Below, piece by piece: positions 29,424 to 39,342 of a stretch of DNA of 64,000 bases. The notes beneath the pieces are model-generated. The model searched no databases and was not told the DNA's origin. It worked only from the letters and a program-made list of their open reading frames with translations. The position numbers and the translations under genes were made by a program. Position 1 is the first letter of the stretch, and each line of letters starts with the position of its first letter. The stretch comes from Candidatus Limnocylindrales bacterium (GTDB taxonomy: Bacteria > Moduliflexota > Moduliflexia > Moduliflexales > JAUQPW01). Where the stretch lies: assembly GCA_035559535.1 (NCBI GenBank), contig DATMBG010000044.1:124001-188000 (forward strand), written 5' to 3'.

Positions 29424-29789
29424 GTGTTCTCAAAGAAAACCCTTGTTGTAACTGCCTTTGTAATGTTGATTGCTTTTGTTGCATTACCGGTTTTGGCTGC
29501 TGAAAAAACCGCTGAGGAGTCTGCGGGCGGGGCTAATCGAATTACTTACTTTTCCGTAGCCGTTTTTACCGGTGGATTCGCCATGGCCATCGGCTCTTTG
29601 ATTACCAGTTTAAGCCAGGGACGCGCCATTGTAAGTGCCTGCGATGGAATTGCCAGAAACCCTGGGGCAGCACCACGAATCCAAACGGCTATGATTATCG
29701 GTCTGGCCTTTATCGAATCTATTGCTATTTACGTGTTGGTTACCGTACTGATTATCTTCTTTGTCGATCCCTTTGGTTTACTGGGTTAA
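29424..29789 (+). CDS. atpE: F0F1 ATP synthase subunit c with signal-like N-terminal extension
   Basis: GIARNPGA loop and LAFIESIAIY; GTG start with AGGAGG RBS. Confidence 0.95.
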   Translation: MFSKKTLVVTAFVMLIAFVALPVLAAEKTAEESAGGANRITYFSVAVFTGGFAMAIGSLITSLSQGRAIVSACDGIARNPGAAPRIQTAMIIGLAFIESIAIYVLVTVLIIFFVDPFGLLG

Positions 29790-29799
29790 ATCCAAGAAA

Positions 29800-29866
29800 T
29801 ACGGAAGTGTGGGAGTCCTCCCACACTCCCAAACTCCCATACCCCCATATCCCTACACTCCCATAC
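29800..29866. repeat. 8-nt short tandem repeats (cccatact-type) between convergent genes
   Basis: cccacact cccaaact cccatacc cccatatc cctacact cccatac. Confidence 0.75.
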
Positions 29867-30616
29867 TTACTTAGCTTTGGTTTTCTTCCGGCTGAGTTTT
29901 TCCACGTATTTCTTGAGGGAAGTAACTTCTTCAGGGGTTAAGAACCGATAGCTTCCCTTCTCAAGTCCTTGCAGGGTTAAAGGCCCCAGAGCTACCCGTA
30001 TCAACCGAGAAACAGGATGTCCCACCGCCTCACACATACGTCGAACCTGGCGTTTTTTACCTTCATAAATTGTTATTTGAAGCCAGGCATTTTTCCCGGT
30101 TGTTCGTAAAAGCCGGACTTTAGCCGGTTTTGTTTTCCCATCTTCCAGTCGGATTCCTTGGGATAGCCGATTGAGATCCTTCTCATCGGGAATGCCATGT
30201 ACCCGTACCTCATAGGTTTTAGGAACTTCAAATTTAGGATGTTGGAGAATATAGGCCAGCTCTCCATCATCGGTCAAAAAGACCAGGCCTTCGGAATTAA
30301 AATCCAGTCTTCCCACGGGAAAGACCCGACCCTTTAGCTTGGGAAGCAAATCGGCCAGGGTCGGCTTGGTTTCATCTGTTTTGAAGGTTGTCAAATACCC
30401 AGCCGGTTTATAGAGGAGGAGGTAATGGTAAGATTTTTTAAGAGAGATCTGCTTTCCGTCTACCTGGATAATATCCTGGGTTGGGTCTACTTTGGTTCCC
30501 AGTTGGGTAACAATTTTACTGTTGACCATAACCCGACCCTCTTTAATCAGCCGCTCACTCTCCCGCCGAGAAGCAATTCCTGCCCTTGCTAAAACCTTTT
30601 GTAATCTTTCCATCAT
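29867..30616 (-). CDS. rluB: Ribosomal large subunit pseudouridine synthase B
   Basis: RLQKVLARAGIASRR S4 domain, VGRLDFNSEGL and EGKKRQVRRM; downstream of scpB. Confidence 0.9.
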   Translation of the reverse strand: MMERLQKVLARAGIASRRESERLIKEGRVMVNSKIVTQLGTKVDPTQDIIQVDGKQISLKKSYHYLLLYKPAGYLTTFKTDETKPTLADLLPKLKGRVFPVGRLDFNSEGLVFLTDDGELAYILQHPKFEVPKTYEVRVHGIPDEKDLNRLSQGIRLEDGKTKPAKVRLLRTTGKNAWLQITIYEGKKRQVRRMCEAVGHPVSRLIRVALGPLTLQGLEKGSYRFLTPEEVTSLKKYVEKLSRKKTKAK

Positions 30617-31143
30617 GATACCATTTCTTCAAACTCATCGGGCTCAGGCAGCTCGGATAAATCATTTAACCCGAAGTGTCGGAGAAATTCTGGGGTTGTT
30701 CCGTACACAGCCGGTCGGCCCGGCACTTCCTTTTTACCGATAATACGGATCAATCCACGCTCTAAAAGGGTTTTGATAACCCCATCAACATTAACACCGC
30801 GAATCTCTTCGATCTCGGGCTTTGTAATGGGTTGTTTATATGCTATAATCGCCAGGGTTTCTAGAGAAGGAAGAGACAATTTGGAGCGTTTTTTGAGGAT
30901 ATTTAACTTTTTGATCCAGCGGGCATACTCGAGTTTGGTTGCCAATTGATAACCTCCTGCCACTCGAACCATTCGAAACCCTCGTCCCGGCTCCTGATAC
31001 TCCCGATCTAACTGGCTTAGCATGGCGGAGATACTCTGGGGGTCTACCCCTTCTAAAACCTCGCAGATTCTATCCAAAGTAAGGGGTTCTGGGGATGCAA
31101 AGAGAAGGGCCTCAAGGGTAGCTTTAATTTCCTGGGTATCCAT
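30613..31143 (-). CDS. scpB: Segregation and condensation protein B
   Basis: LEALLF, LETLAIIAYKQP, IRGVN and YGTTPEFLRHFGL motifs. Confidence 0.95.
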   Translation of the reverse strand: MDTQEIKATLEALLFASPEPLTLDRICEVLEGVDPQSISAMLSQLDREYQEPGRGFRMVRVAGGYQLATKLEYARWIKKLNILKKRSKLSLPSLETLAIIAYKQPITKPEIEEIRGVNVDGVIKTLLERGLIRIIGKKEVPGRPAVYGTTPEFLRHFGLNDLSELPEPDEFEEMVS

Positions 31144-31399
31144 ATTCCTTCGGACGTTGAAACTTTTTAAGATTAAAGGTTGAGAACTTATTACTTACAA
31201 AATAAACCTTTGTCAAGGGTTTTGGTCTTTAAAATTGTAGAATCAGGAATTGAGAGTGAAAAAGGTATTGACAAAATCGAACCAGGAACCCTTATATAGT
31301 AAAGGGAGACAGATATTTTGGCTATAAGATTCACTCACTAAAACAATCAGTTAACTAAGGACCTCGAATTAAGAATTAACATCGTAAGCAGGTAGGGAG

Positions 31400-32278
31400 A
31401 TGATGGGTATAGGGTTCTTCTTGTTTACTACAATCCTCTTCTCCCTGTTCTCTACCTTCAGCCAGGCAGAAAATTCTCCTTCCCCTATACTGGCTAAAAT
31501 CGACGGGATTGAAATAACCGTAGAAGAGTTTAAAGCCTCCTTTGATAATCTTCCGGCAGAAACTAAAAAGAAGTACTCCACCCCAGAGGGCAAGGAAAAA
31601 TTCTTGGAAGAGTTGATAAATCAAAAAATTCTCTTAAAAGAGGCAGAAAGTCGAGGTATTCCTGAAAGGAAAGAAGTTATTCAACAAATTAAGGAGGCCA
31701 CTGCACAAATTATCATTGTCAACCTCATAAATGAGCTCAAACGGGATGTTAAAATCACCGAAGCCGAAGCGCGCCAATACTATGAAGAGCACAAGGATGA
31801 ATTCCGCACCATAGACCAGGTTCGAGTTCGTCATATCTTGATCAGGCCAGCTTCTGCAGATTCAGATGCCGATACAAAAGCTAAGGAAAAAGCCGAAAAA
31901 ATTCTAGAGTTGATTCGAAGTGGAGCTGACTTCGGCACCATGGCCAAGCAGATCTCGGAGGATAAAGTTTCCGGTCAAAAAGGAGGAGATTTAGGCTATT
32001 TAACCCGGGAGCAGATGGATCCCGAGGTAGCCAGATTCGTCTTCTCTATGAACCCTGGAGAAATTGCCGGACCGATCAAAACCAATGTGGGTTATCATAT
32101 TATCAAATTAGATGAGAAAAAGTTGGGAGATCAGTTGGATTTTGAGAGGGTTGAGAATAAGGTACGGGATAGAGCTTTGCTGGACAAACAATCCCGAGTT
32201 GCCGGTGAACTTCTGGCCTCTTTGAAGAAAAATTTAAAAATTGTACTTGACAAGGAGCAGTTAGATTTGATTAAGTAA
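31400..32278 (+). CDS. PpiC-type peptidyl-prolyl isomerase (PrsA/SurA-like), exported
   Basis: Signal peptide; RVRHILI, SED...GGDLG and GYHIIK motifs. Confidence 0.9.
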   Translation: MMGIGFFLFTTILFSLFSTFSQAENSPSPILAKIDGIEITVEEFKASFDNLPAETKKKYSTPEGKEKFLEELINQKILLKEAESRGIPERKEVIQQIKEATAQIIIVNLINELKRDVKITEAEARQYYEEHKDEFRTIDQVRVRHILIRPASADSDADTKAKEKAEKILELIRSGADFGTMAKQISEDKVSGQKGGDLGYLTREQMDPEVARFVFSMNPGEIAGPIKTNVGYHIIKLDEKKLGDQLDFERVENKVRDRALLDKQSRVAGELLASLKKNLKIVLDKEQLDLIK

Positions 32279-32437
32279 ACCTTTGTAAGGAGATGTTTCA
32301 AAGTTACTTTAAGTTAGAAAGGAGGTGATAGGGGTTAACTTTTGTTAAGTCAAGGGTTTAAAGTGTGCGTCGTTTGTTTATTTATTAATGTTACCGGTGT
32401 TTTAATGTTTCAAAGGTGATAATCAAGGAGGTGCCTT

Positions 32438-33313
32438 ATGAAGATCAAACAGGTTGTTGCTTTGATCCTCGCTATTCTAGCTATTTCCTTTGTTTTTTCT
32501 ACCGGCAAAGCAAGTGCTGCAGAATCGGCCAAGTTTGATAAGTTATATTGTGTTAATTTTGCCACTCTGGCAAATTATCCGTTAGATGCTCTATTATTTG
32601 GAGTTGGAAGAGGCGAGAAAGTCAATGTTCCTTTCCAGCTTTGCCTTGCCAAGAGCGGAAATACGGTGGTAGCCCTGGATTCTGGCTTCACCAACATGGA
32701 AATAGGTCAGAAATGGGGTGCTAAAGATTACGTTGATTATAAAACTGCCTTTGCAAAAACCGGCATTAAGCCCGAAGATGTTAATTACGTAACCATTGGA
32801 CATGCTCACTGGGATCATGCCGGGGGTACTGGCGCTTTCCCCAATGCCAAGTTTATCATCCAAACCAGGGAATTGGAATTTGCAGCGGGCTCTATGACTC
32901 AAAATAAACAAGCTAAAGCAGGTTTTGAACCGGCCGACATCCTGAACCTGGTCAAATTGAACTGGGAAGGAAGAGTGATCCTGGTCGATGGAGATGTTCA
33001 AGATGTTATTCCCGGTCTAAGCGTCTATCTGACTCCAGGTCATACAGCCGGAACTCAAACTGTCTGCTTAGAAACGACCAAAGGAAGAGCCTGCTATACT
33101 TCGGATGCCGTTTATATGTACCGGAATATAAATGAAGACATTCCCCTTGGATTCGGTTTAAATTTGTATCAAATGGTTGAATCTTATAAGAAGATTCGTG
33201 CGGCAGTCGGTAACGGTTTACTCATTCCCGGTCATGAACCCCTCCTTTACTCTGAACCTGAGAAACATGGGTTCAAGAAAATTGACGATCGTACTATCGC
33301 AGTCGTTGAATAA
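32438..33313 (+). CDS. Exported N-acyl-homoserine-lactonase-family metallo-beta-lactamase
   Basis: Signal peptide; HAHWDHAGG, TPGHTAG, SDAVY and IPGHE motifs. Confidence 0.82.
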   Translation: MKIKQVVALILAILAISFVFSTGKASAAESAKFDKLYCVNFATLANYPLDALLFGVGRGEKVNVPFQLCLAKSGNTVVALDSGFTNMEIGQKWGAKDYVDYKTAFAKTGIKPEDVNYVTIGHAHWDHAGGTGAFPNAKFIIQTRELEFAAGSMTQNKQAKAGFEPADILNLVKLNWEGRVILVDGDVQDVIPGLSVYLTPGHTAGTQTVCLETTKGRACYTSDAVYMYRNINEDIPLGFGLNLYQMVESYKKIRAAVGNGLLIPGHEPLLYSEPEKHGFKKIDDRTIAVVE

Positions 33314-33360
33314 GCAAGGGTCTTTTCGATAGAGAGCAATGGGTCCATGACCCCTTTTAG

Positions 33361-33402
33361 AAATTCGTCTCCCTTTAGTTTTGAGGGAGACGAATTTTTT
33401 TT
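33361..33402 (+). terminator. Rho-independent terminator
   Basis: aaattcgtctccct/agggagacgaattt stem followed by a T run. Confidence 0.75.
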
Positions 33403-33420
33403 CGAGTATATTTTTAAACC

Positions 33421-34146
33421 ATGAAGGTCACAGAAATTATTCTTATTCTAACCCTGGGAACTGTAATGTCCTTTCCACTCCTTTTCGGATGTAATTCCGA
33501 TAAAGCCGGAAAGCAAACTTCCGAAAAACAAAAAGGGTCCTCTCCCGGTGAACAAAAGGTTGACAAAACCGCTTCCCAGAATGTAAACTCGGTAAAGGAG
33601 TCGGATACTTCTCGTACGAATTTAACCGCCGAGCGGGAAAAATGGCTTGCTCAGGTTAAGGCACAATCCAAAGATCCTCAAGTTTATTTGCAGCTTGGGT
33701 TAAGTTATTACCAGGAAGCCCAGGCCTTAAACAATCCTAAAAGGGAAACTTTAGAAGAATTATACAAACAAGCTATTGAAAACTTAGAAATGGCTAAGTC
33801 CCTCTTTGAAGATAGGAAACAACCCCTTCAATTATATCAGGCATTATGGGAAAGCTATCGGAATTTAGCTTATCTTCCCGTTACTTTTAATCAAGGCACA
33901 GACCCCGATTATGGAGTGGTCCCTTTCAACATGAAAAACATGAAAAAGGCTATAGAGACTTACGAAGAAGCCAAAGCCAGGTATCCTTCGGACCCTGCTA
34001 CTGCTCCAGAAACAGGAAACCGGCTTTCCACAGATCTGAAGAATCTAGAAGCTGTTTATCTGGCCAACGTCCAGAGACAATGGAACGAAATGAATGAATC
34101 GGGTTATCGTAAACCGGAGACCTATCAAGAGAAAGTGCATCGTTAA
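33421..34146 (+). CDS. Lipoprotein with TPR-like helices
   Basis: LLFGC lipobox; DPQVYLQLGLSYY. Confidence 0.7.
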   Translation: MKVTEIILILTLGTVMSFPLLFGCNSDKAGKQTSEKQKGSSPGEQKVDKTASQNVNSVKESDTSRTNLTAEREKWLAQVKAQSKDPQVYLQLGLSYYQEAQALNNPKRETLEELYKQAIENLEMAKSLFEDRKQPLQLYQALWESYRNLAYLPVTFNQGTDPDYGVVPFNMKNMKKAIETYEEAKARYPSDPATAPETGNRLSTDLKNLEAVYLANVQRQWNEMNESGYRKPETYQEKVHR

Positions 34147-34194
34147 GACCTTTCTTTTAGAAGCATACCTGGAAGAAACGAGAGTTAAAAGGTT

Positions 34195-35343
34195 ATGCCG
34201 TCTAAAAGTTTTTTTTCCAAAGTCGTTCCCCTTCTCATTTTAATTCTTTTATTTATCCTGGTGGTATTTACCTTAAAACCGCGGTCCATTTCCAGGGTTC
34301 CTGAAACAGGTGAAAAAGGAATTGCCTTGGTTGAAACGGCTCGGGTGGTAAGAGGAAACCTGGAACCTCTCTTCTCAGCCCTGGGAAGTATTGAACCGCG
34401 CCAGCAGGCCAGTGTCTTCTCCCTGGTAACCGGACAGTTAGACAAAGTTCTGGTTAATGTAGGGGATAAAGTGCAGGCTGGAGATGTGCTGGCGGTTATC
34501 AATTCCAGCGGAATCGAAGCAGAGCTCAAGCGAGTTGAAACAGAACTGGAACTTGCAAAAGCGGCTCCCATAACCGAATTAGATCCCTCGAAGGATGGTT
34601 TTTTACAGGCCCTTCGAATAAAACAACAGGTGGCACGGGAAGCCGAGTTACGTCAAAGGTTAAACGATTATACAATTCGGGCTCCCATTTCCGGCATGGT
34701 GGTAAAGAAAAACGTCCATGCTGGAGATACCGTGGCCGCTTTGGGGACTGTAGCTTCTCCTGAGCCACTTTTTGTAATTGAAGATATAGAATCGGTTTAT
34801 GCTCGGGCTGGAATTCCGGAGAAATTTATTTCCCAGGTTCAGGTTGGAATGAAGGCAAAGGTTCGGGTAGGGGCCTATCCCCTGGAGAACTTTCCTTTGG
34901 CGATCTTTCAGGGACAACTGGCCCGTATCAGTCCCACCATCAATCCAGAAACCCGAACCCTGGATATCTGGGTAGAAATTCCCAATAAAGATGGTAAGCT
35001 CAGACCCGGTATGTCTTCCGAAGTGGGATTGGTGATCGAGCATTATAAAAATGTCCTTCTGGTTCCCAAGGAAGCTATTGTTAAATCAGAATTTCAAGCA
35101 ACTGAAGCAACCATCGTGTATGTTATAGAAGATAAGGAAGCCATTGCTCAGGGAAAAAGTTCTCCGGTGGTAGCCCGAGGGGTTAATCTGGGGTTAAGCG
35201 ATGGAGTCAACTATATGATTGAAGAAACAGGTAAGGCTGGAGCTCAAGAAAAAGAGACCAGTTGGTTAAAGGAAGGAGATCTTGTGGTCACTATCGGAGC
35301 TCCTACGCTCGTTGACGGACAATTGGTCCGGGCCATTCGGTAA
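34195..35343 (+). CDS. RND efflux periplasmic adaptor (membrane fusion protein)
   Basis: VNVGDKVQAGD, IRAPISGMV, INPETRT and LRPGM motifs. Confidence 0.92.
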   Translation: MPSKSFFSKVVPLLILILLFILVVFTLKPRSISRVPETGEKGIALVETARVVRGNLEPLFSALGSIEPRQQASVFSLVTGQLDKVLVNVGDKVQAGDVLAVINSSGIEAELKRVETELELAKAAPITELDPSKDGFLQALRIKQQVAREAELRQRLNDYTIRAPISGMVVKKNVHAGDTVAALGTVASPEPLFVIEDIESVYARAGIPEKFISQVQVGMKAKVRVGAYPLENFPLAIFQGQLARISPTINPETRTLDIWVEIPNKDGKLRPGMSSEVGLVIEHYKNVLLVPKEAIVKSEFQATEATIVYVIEDKEAIAQGKSSPVVARGVNLGLSDGVNYMIEETGKAGAQEKETSWLKEGDLVVTIGAPTLVDGQLVRAIR

Positions 35344-35356
35344 GAACAAGATCCGG

Positions 35357-35420
35357 TCTGAAGTCTAAAGTCTGAAGTCCGATATCTGAACTTCAAACTT
35401 CGGATTTCAGACTCTCAAAC
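35357..35420. repeat. 7-nt tandem repeats with inverted halves
   Basis: tctgaag tctaaag tctgaag tccga ... cttcaaa cttcgga tttcaga. Confidence 0.6.
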
Positions 35421-35428
35421 GTTTTCCA

Positions 35429-38400
35429 GTGTATCTTTCGGATTTATCTATACGACAGCCTGTACTCACCACCATGGTGACTGCTGCCTTGATTGTCCTC
35501 GGCCTGGTTTCGCTTTCTCTGTTGAGCGTAGAGCGTTTTCCGGATGTTTTCCCTCCTGTGGTTTTGATTACCATTCAATATCCCGGCTCCAGTGCCGAGG
35601 AAATTGAAAACCTTATTACCAAGCCTGTGGAAGAAGCAGTAGCCCCCATTGGAGGGGTTACCAATATCCTCTCGACTTCCAATGAAGGAGTTGCCGAGGT
35701 GAAGGTTGAGTTTACCCTGGAAACCCCTAAAGATCAGGCGGCAAACCGGGTACGAGAGGCTCTTTCTGCCATCAGGCATATCCTGCCTCAAGGAATTGAG
35801 GAACCTAAAATTCAAAGATTCGATCCAGCTTTCCACCCTATGATGCTTTATGCCTTAATGGGAGAAAGCGATGATCGGACCGTTGATCAACTTTGGGTTC
35901 TTATTCATCGGTACATAAAACCCCAACTGGAAAGTATAGAAGGAGTGGCGGCGATAGATATCATGGGAGGATTGGAAAGGGAGATCCAAATCAACCTGGA
36001 TCCCAACAAATTGGCCGTCCGAGGAATTCCGTTTCAGTTGGTTGTGGACCGGGTTAGGGAAGAAATGTCGGTTGTCCCAGGAGGACGGATTAAAGAGAGG
36101 AAGAAAGAACTGGTTTTGAGAACGCGGGGTGAGATAACCGATCTTGCGGAACTGGATAATATCATCTTAAAGTATGAGAAGGGATCTCCCATTTATCTGA
36201 GGGATGTGGGATATACGTACGATTACTACAAAGAGGTCCGCTTATTAACCCGTGTCAACCGAGACAAAGCGGTTGCCTTTGGAGTTCGAAGACAACAGGG
36301 GAGTAATGCCCTGACCGTAGCCCAACAGGTACGTACAAAATTGGCCGAACTCTCCAAAACCTTTCCCTCGGATGTTAAGGTCTTATTGATGCGGGACGAT
36401 TCTTTAAGGATTGCCAGCTCTGTTCGGGATGTGTATTACAGTCTCTTGATCGGTACGGCCCTGGTGGTTCTTATTGTATTTCTTTTCATGCGGGATTGGC
36501 GAAGCACATTTATCGTCTCGCTAACCTTACCGACAGCCGTCATTGCAACCTTTACCTTTATGTATTTTCAGGGTTATAGTATTAATTTAATGACCCTGAT
36601 GGGGTTATCCCTGGCTATAGGTCTCATTGTAGATGATGCCATTGTAGTCCGTGAAAATATCTTCCGGCATATGGAAATGGGGAAAAATCCTTTTCAAGCG
36701 GCCCGGGAAGGAACCGCCGAGGTGGGTCTGGCCGTTATGGCCTCCACCTTTACCATTGTTGCCGTATTTGTACCTGTTGTTTTCATGACCGGTACCGGGG
36801 GAAGGTTCTATAAAGAACTGGGAATAACGGTCATCGTTTCGGTTCTTTTATCCCTCTTTGTTGCTTTTACCCTGGATCCGATGCTTTCATCCCGTTTCAT
36901 GAAAGTCATGGGGAAGAAGGGGGCAATAGGAGAATGGGAGAACGGGAGGGTGGAGGCACGTCCGTTCATCCATTCTCCCCCTCGCCCCTTTTATCTCTCT
37001 CTTTATGAACGTATTTTAAACTGGGCACTGGATAATCGGGGAAAGGTGCTTTATGGGGCCGGGGTTATGTTTTTGTTGAGTTTACTCTTAATTCCCTTCC
37101 TGGGAAGTGAATTCCTTCCCACTCCTGATAGTGGAGAATTCAGTATTTTGCTGGAATTACCCCTGGGGTCTACCATTAATCAAATGAATGATGTGGTCTA
37201 CGATGTAGAAGAGTTTTTGGATGCAGACTGGAATAAGTCCTGTGTTCCCTGCCGGGATATCCAGGATATACTCTCCATTGTAGGATCTACCTCAGGGGTT
37301 GAGCGAACCGAAATTAAAGTTAAACTGAAACCACCCTCTGAGAGAAAAATGTCCCAAGACGAAATTATTACCCAACTTCGGAGAGATTTTCCTAAATTTC
37401 CCGGCCTGAGGGTTGCCTTTATTCCTGTCGGGGCTTTTGGAGAGGAAATCCAGGAATTTCCGATCCTGCTCCATCTTCGAGGTGAGAAGCTTGAAGTCCT
37501 GAGAAGTCTGGCCAATGATGTTTTTAAAGTATTGGCAACAACTCCAGGTACAGCAGATATTAAAATTCTGTCGGCCAGAGGACGGCAAGAATTTGAAATC
37601 AAGATCGATCAGAAAAAAGCGGCTGATTTCGGCCTTGGAGTGCGGGAAGTGGCCAACTTGATCCGCTCTATGGTAGAAGGAGTTGTCCCGGCTAAATTCC
37701 GGGAAGGTGGTTATACCCATGATATCCGGATTCACATACAGGAATCGGAGCGACGTTCAACCGAGGATCTGGGTAAATTAACTATTTTAACTCCTAAAGG
37801 AGAGAAAATCCAACTCCAGGACATTGCCACCTTTGGTTATTCATCCGGGGTGACCCGAATTGAGCGGCTCAATCGAACCCACCAGATCACCCTCGCCAGT
37901 CAAGTGGCTGAAGGCCGATCCCTGGGAGAAGTAGTTAACGATCTCAAGGCAAGACTAGCCCAGATAGATTTTCCGCCGGGTTATTCCTATACCTTTGGAA
38001 GCCAGGTACGACAAATGGTGGAATCCTTCCGCTCTTTGTACTTTGCCCTTTTCTTGTCGGTCATTTTTATTTATATGGTTTTGGCTTCACAATTCGGTTC
38101 CTTTATCCATCCCTTTACCATTATGCTTTCACTCCCTTTAGCCATTATCGGGGCCCTGTTGGCACTTTTCCTGGCAAGACAGACCCTTAACCTGATGTCC
38201 CTGATCGGAATGGTTCTCTTAATGGGACTGGTTACTAAAAATGCCATTTTGCTGATCGAATTTGCCATCTCGTTGAAAGAACAAGGTCTACCTCGACGAG
38301 AATCTGTCCTATCTGCAGCCTTAATCCGCTTTCGCCCCATCTTGATGACCTCTTTAACGACTATTTTTGGTATGATTCCTTTGGCCGTAGGACTGGGATC

Positions 38401-38587
38401 CGAGTTTGAAATCCGCCAACCTATGGCCATAGGTATTATCGGAGGAATGTTGAGTTCTACCTGCCTGACCCTGGTGGTTATACCGGTAGTTTACACTTTA
38501 ATCGATGAAAAAATAGAAAAATGGTCCATGGTCCGCCGTCCGTTGTCCGTTGTCCGGGATCCTTTGTCCCTTTCGACAGACAATTGA
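35429..38587 (+). CDS. RND efflux permease (AcrB/AcrD/AcrF family)
   Basis: YPGSSAEEIE, GLIVDDAIVVRENI, GLVTKNAILL and RFRPILMT motifs. Confidence 0.95.
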   Translation: MYLSDLSIRQPVLTTMVTAALIVLGLVSLSLLSVERFPDVFPPVVLITIQYPGSSAEEIENLITKPVEEAVAPIGGVTNILSTSNEGVAEVKVEFTLETPKDQAANRVREALSAIRHILPQGIEEPKIQRFDPAFHPMMLYALMGESDDRTVDQLWVLIHRYIKPQLESIEGVAAIDIMGGLEREIQINLDPNKLAVRGIPFQLVVDRVREEMSVVPGGRIKERKKELVLRTRGEITDLAELDNIILKYEKGSPIYLRDVGYTYDYYKEVRLLTRVNRDKAVAFGVRRQQGSNALTVAQQVRTKLAELSKTFPSDVKVLLMRDDSLRIASSVRDVYYSLLIGTALVVLIVFLFMRDWRSTFIVSLTLPTAVIATFTFMYFQGYSINLMTLMGLSLAIGLIVDDAIVVRENIFRHMEMGKNPFQAAREGTAEVGLAVMASTFTIVAVFVPVVFMTGTGGRFYKELGITVIVSVLLSLFVAFTLDPMLSSRFMKVMGKKGAIGEWENGRVEARPFIHSPPRPFYLSLYERILNWALDNRGKVLYGAGVMFLLSLLLIPFLGSEFLPTPDSGEFSILLELPLGSTINQMNDVVYDVEEFLDADWNKSCVPCRDIQDILSIVGSTSGVERTEIKVKLKPPSERKMSQDEIITQLRRDFPKFPGLRVAFIPVGAFGEEIQEFPILLHLRGEKLEVLRSLANDVFKVLATTPGTADIKILSARGRQEFEIKIDQKKAADFGLGVREVANLIRSMVEGVVPAKFREGGYTHDIRIHIQESERRSTEDLGKLTILTPKGEKIQLQDIATFGYSSGVTRIERLNRTHQITLASQVAEGRSLGEVVNDLKARLAQIDFPPGYSYTFGSQVRQMVESFRSLYFALFLSVIFIYMVLASQFGSFIHPFTIMLSLPLAIIGALLALFLARQTLNLMSLIGMVLLMGLVTKNAILLIEFAISLKEQGLPRRESVLSAALIRFRPILMTSLTTIFGMIPLAVGLGSEFEIRQPMAIGIIGGMLSSTCLTLVVIPVVYTLIDEKIEKWSMVRRPLSVVRDPLSLSTDN

Positions 38588-38609
38588 TGAGACGGTTGAT
38601 TGAAGCCTT

Positions 38610-39332
38610 ATGGAATATAAGTATCATAAAACTTTTATATGTGGCTTTTTAATTTCTTTGATCTTTTGTTGGATTGAAACTCCTCAACCAGTGCTGGCCA
38701 AACACTACGAAGGCTTTGAATTTGATACAGCTAAATGGACGGAAACCTTAATCCATGTGGATTATGATGGGAGAACCCTGGATACAGTCACTTCTAAAAT
38801 TTGGATCAAAAATGGAGGTAAACTGGAGCGAATTGAAAAAGTTAGGGAAGTTACCTCCGCACCCAATCAACCCAAGGGGTTAAGTTTTATTATTATCCAT
38901 GACCATGATAAGTATACCTCTACCAATACCTATAGCGATGGGACCATAAAATTGACCAAAACAGATTTGGAAGCGGAATCTGTACTTTATGATGAAAAAT
39001 GGATAACCAAAAAGAACCTGCAAAAGGTGGGGACAGAAACCGTCGATGGAAAAGAGTGCGAGGTCTATACCTACGATTCAGAACATAATCTAGGGGGGTT
39101 AGTAACGATTCGGAGTAGTGTTAAAGAATGTCGATGGCGTGGGCTTTCTTTGAAAACGATCTCTCGTATGCTACCTCCTCCAGATGGCTCTGGAGATTCT
39201 TACATTACTATTCTCAAAGATGTAGAGGTGAATATTCCTATTCCTGATGATCTCTTTCAACTCCCCCCAGGTGCCCAGATAGAGGAAAAAGTTTTGCCTA
39301 CTCTCAATCCACCCCCATTGAAAAAACAATGA
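38610..39332 (+). CDS. Exported LolA/DUF4412-like protein
   Basis: Signal peptide; VGTETVDGKECEVY and NIPIPDDLFQLPPGA. Confidence 0.6.
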   Translation: MEYKYHKTFICGFLISLIFCWIETPQPVLAKHYEGFEFDTAKWTETLIHVDYDGRTLDTVTSKIWIKNGGKLERIEKVREVTSAPNQPKGLSFIIIHDHDKYTSTNTYSDGTIKLTKTDLEAESVLYDEKWITKKNLQKVGTETVDGKECEVYTYDSEHNLGGLVTIRSSVKECRWRGLSLKTISRMLPPPDGSGDSYITILKDVEVNIPIPDDLFQLPPGAQIEEKVLPTLNPPPLKKQ

Positions 39333-39342
39333 AAGATGGCCT

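Noticed and set aside
34185..38430. Several 110-150-aa minus-strand ORFs
   Set aside because: Antisense shadows of the RND adaptor and permease.
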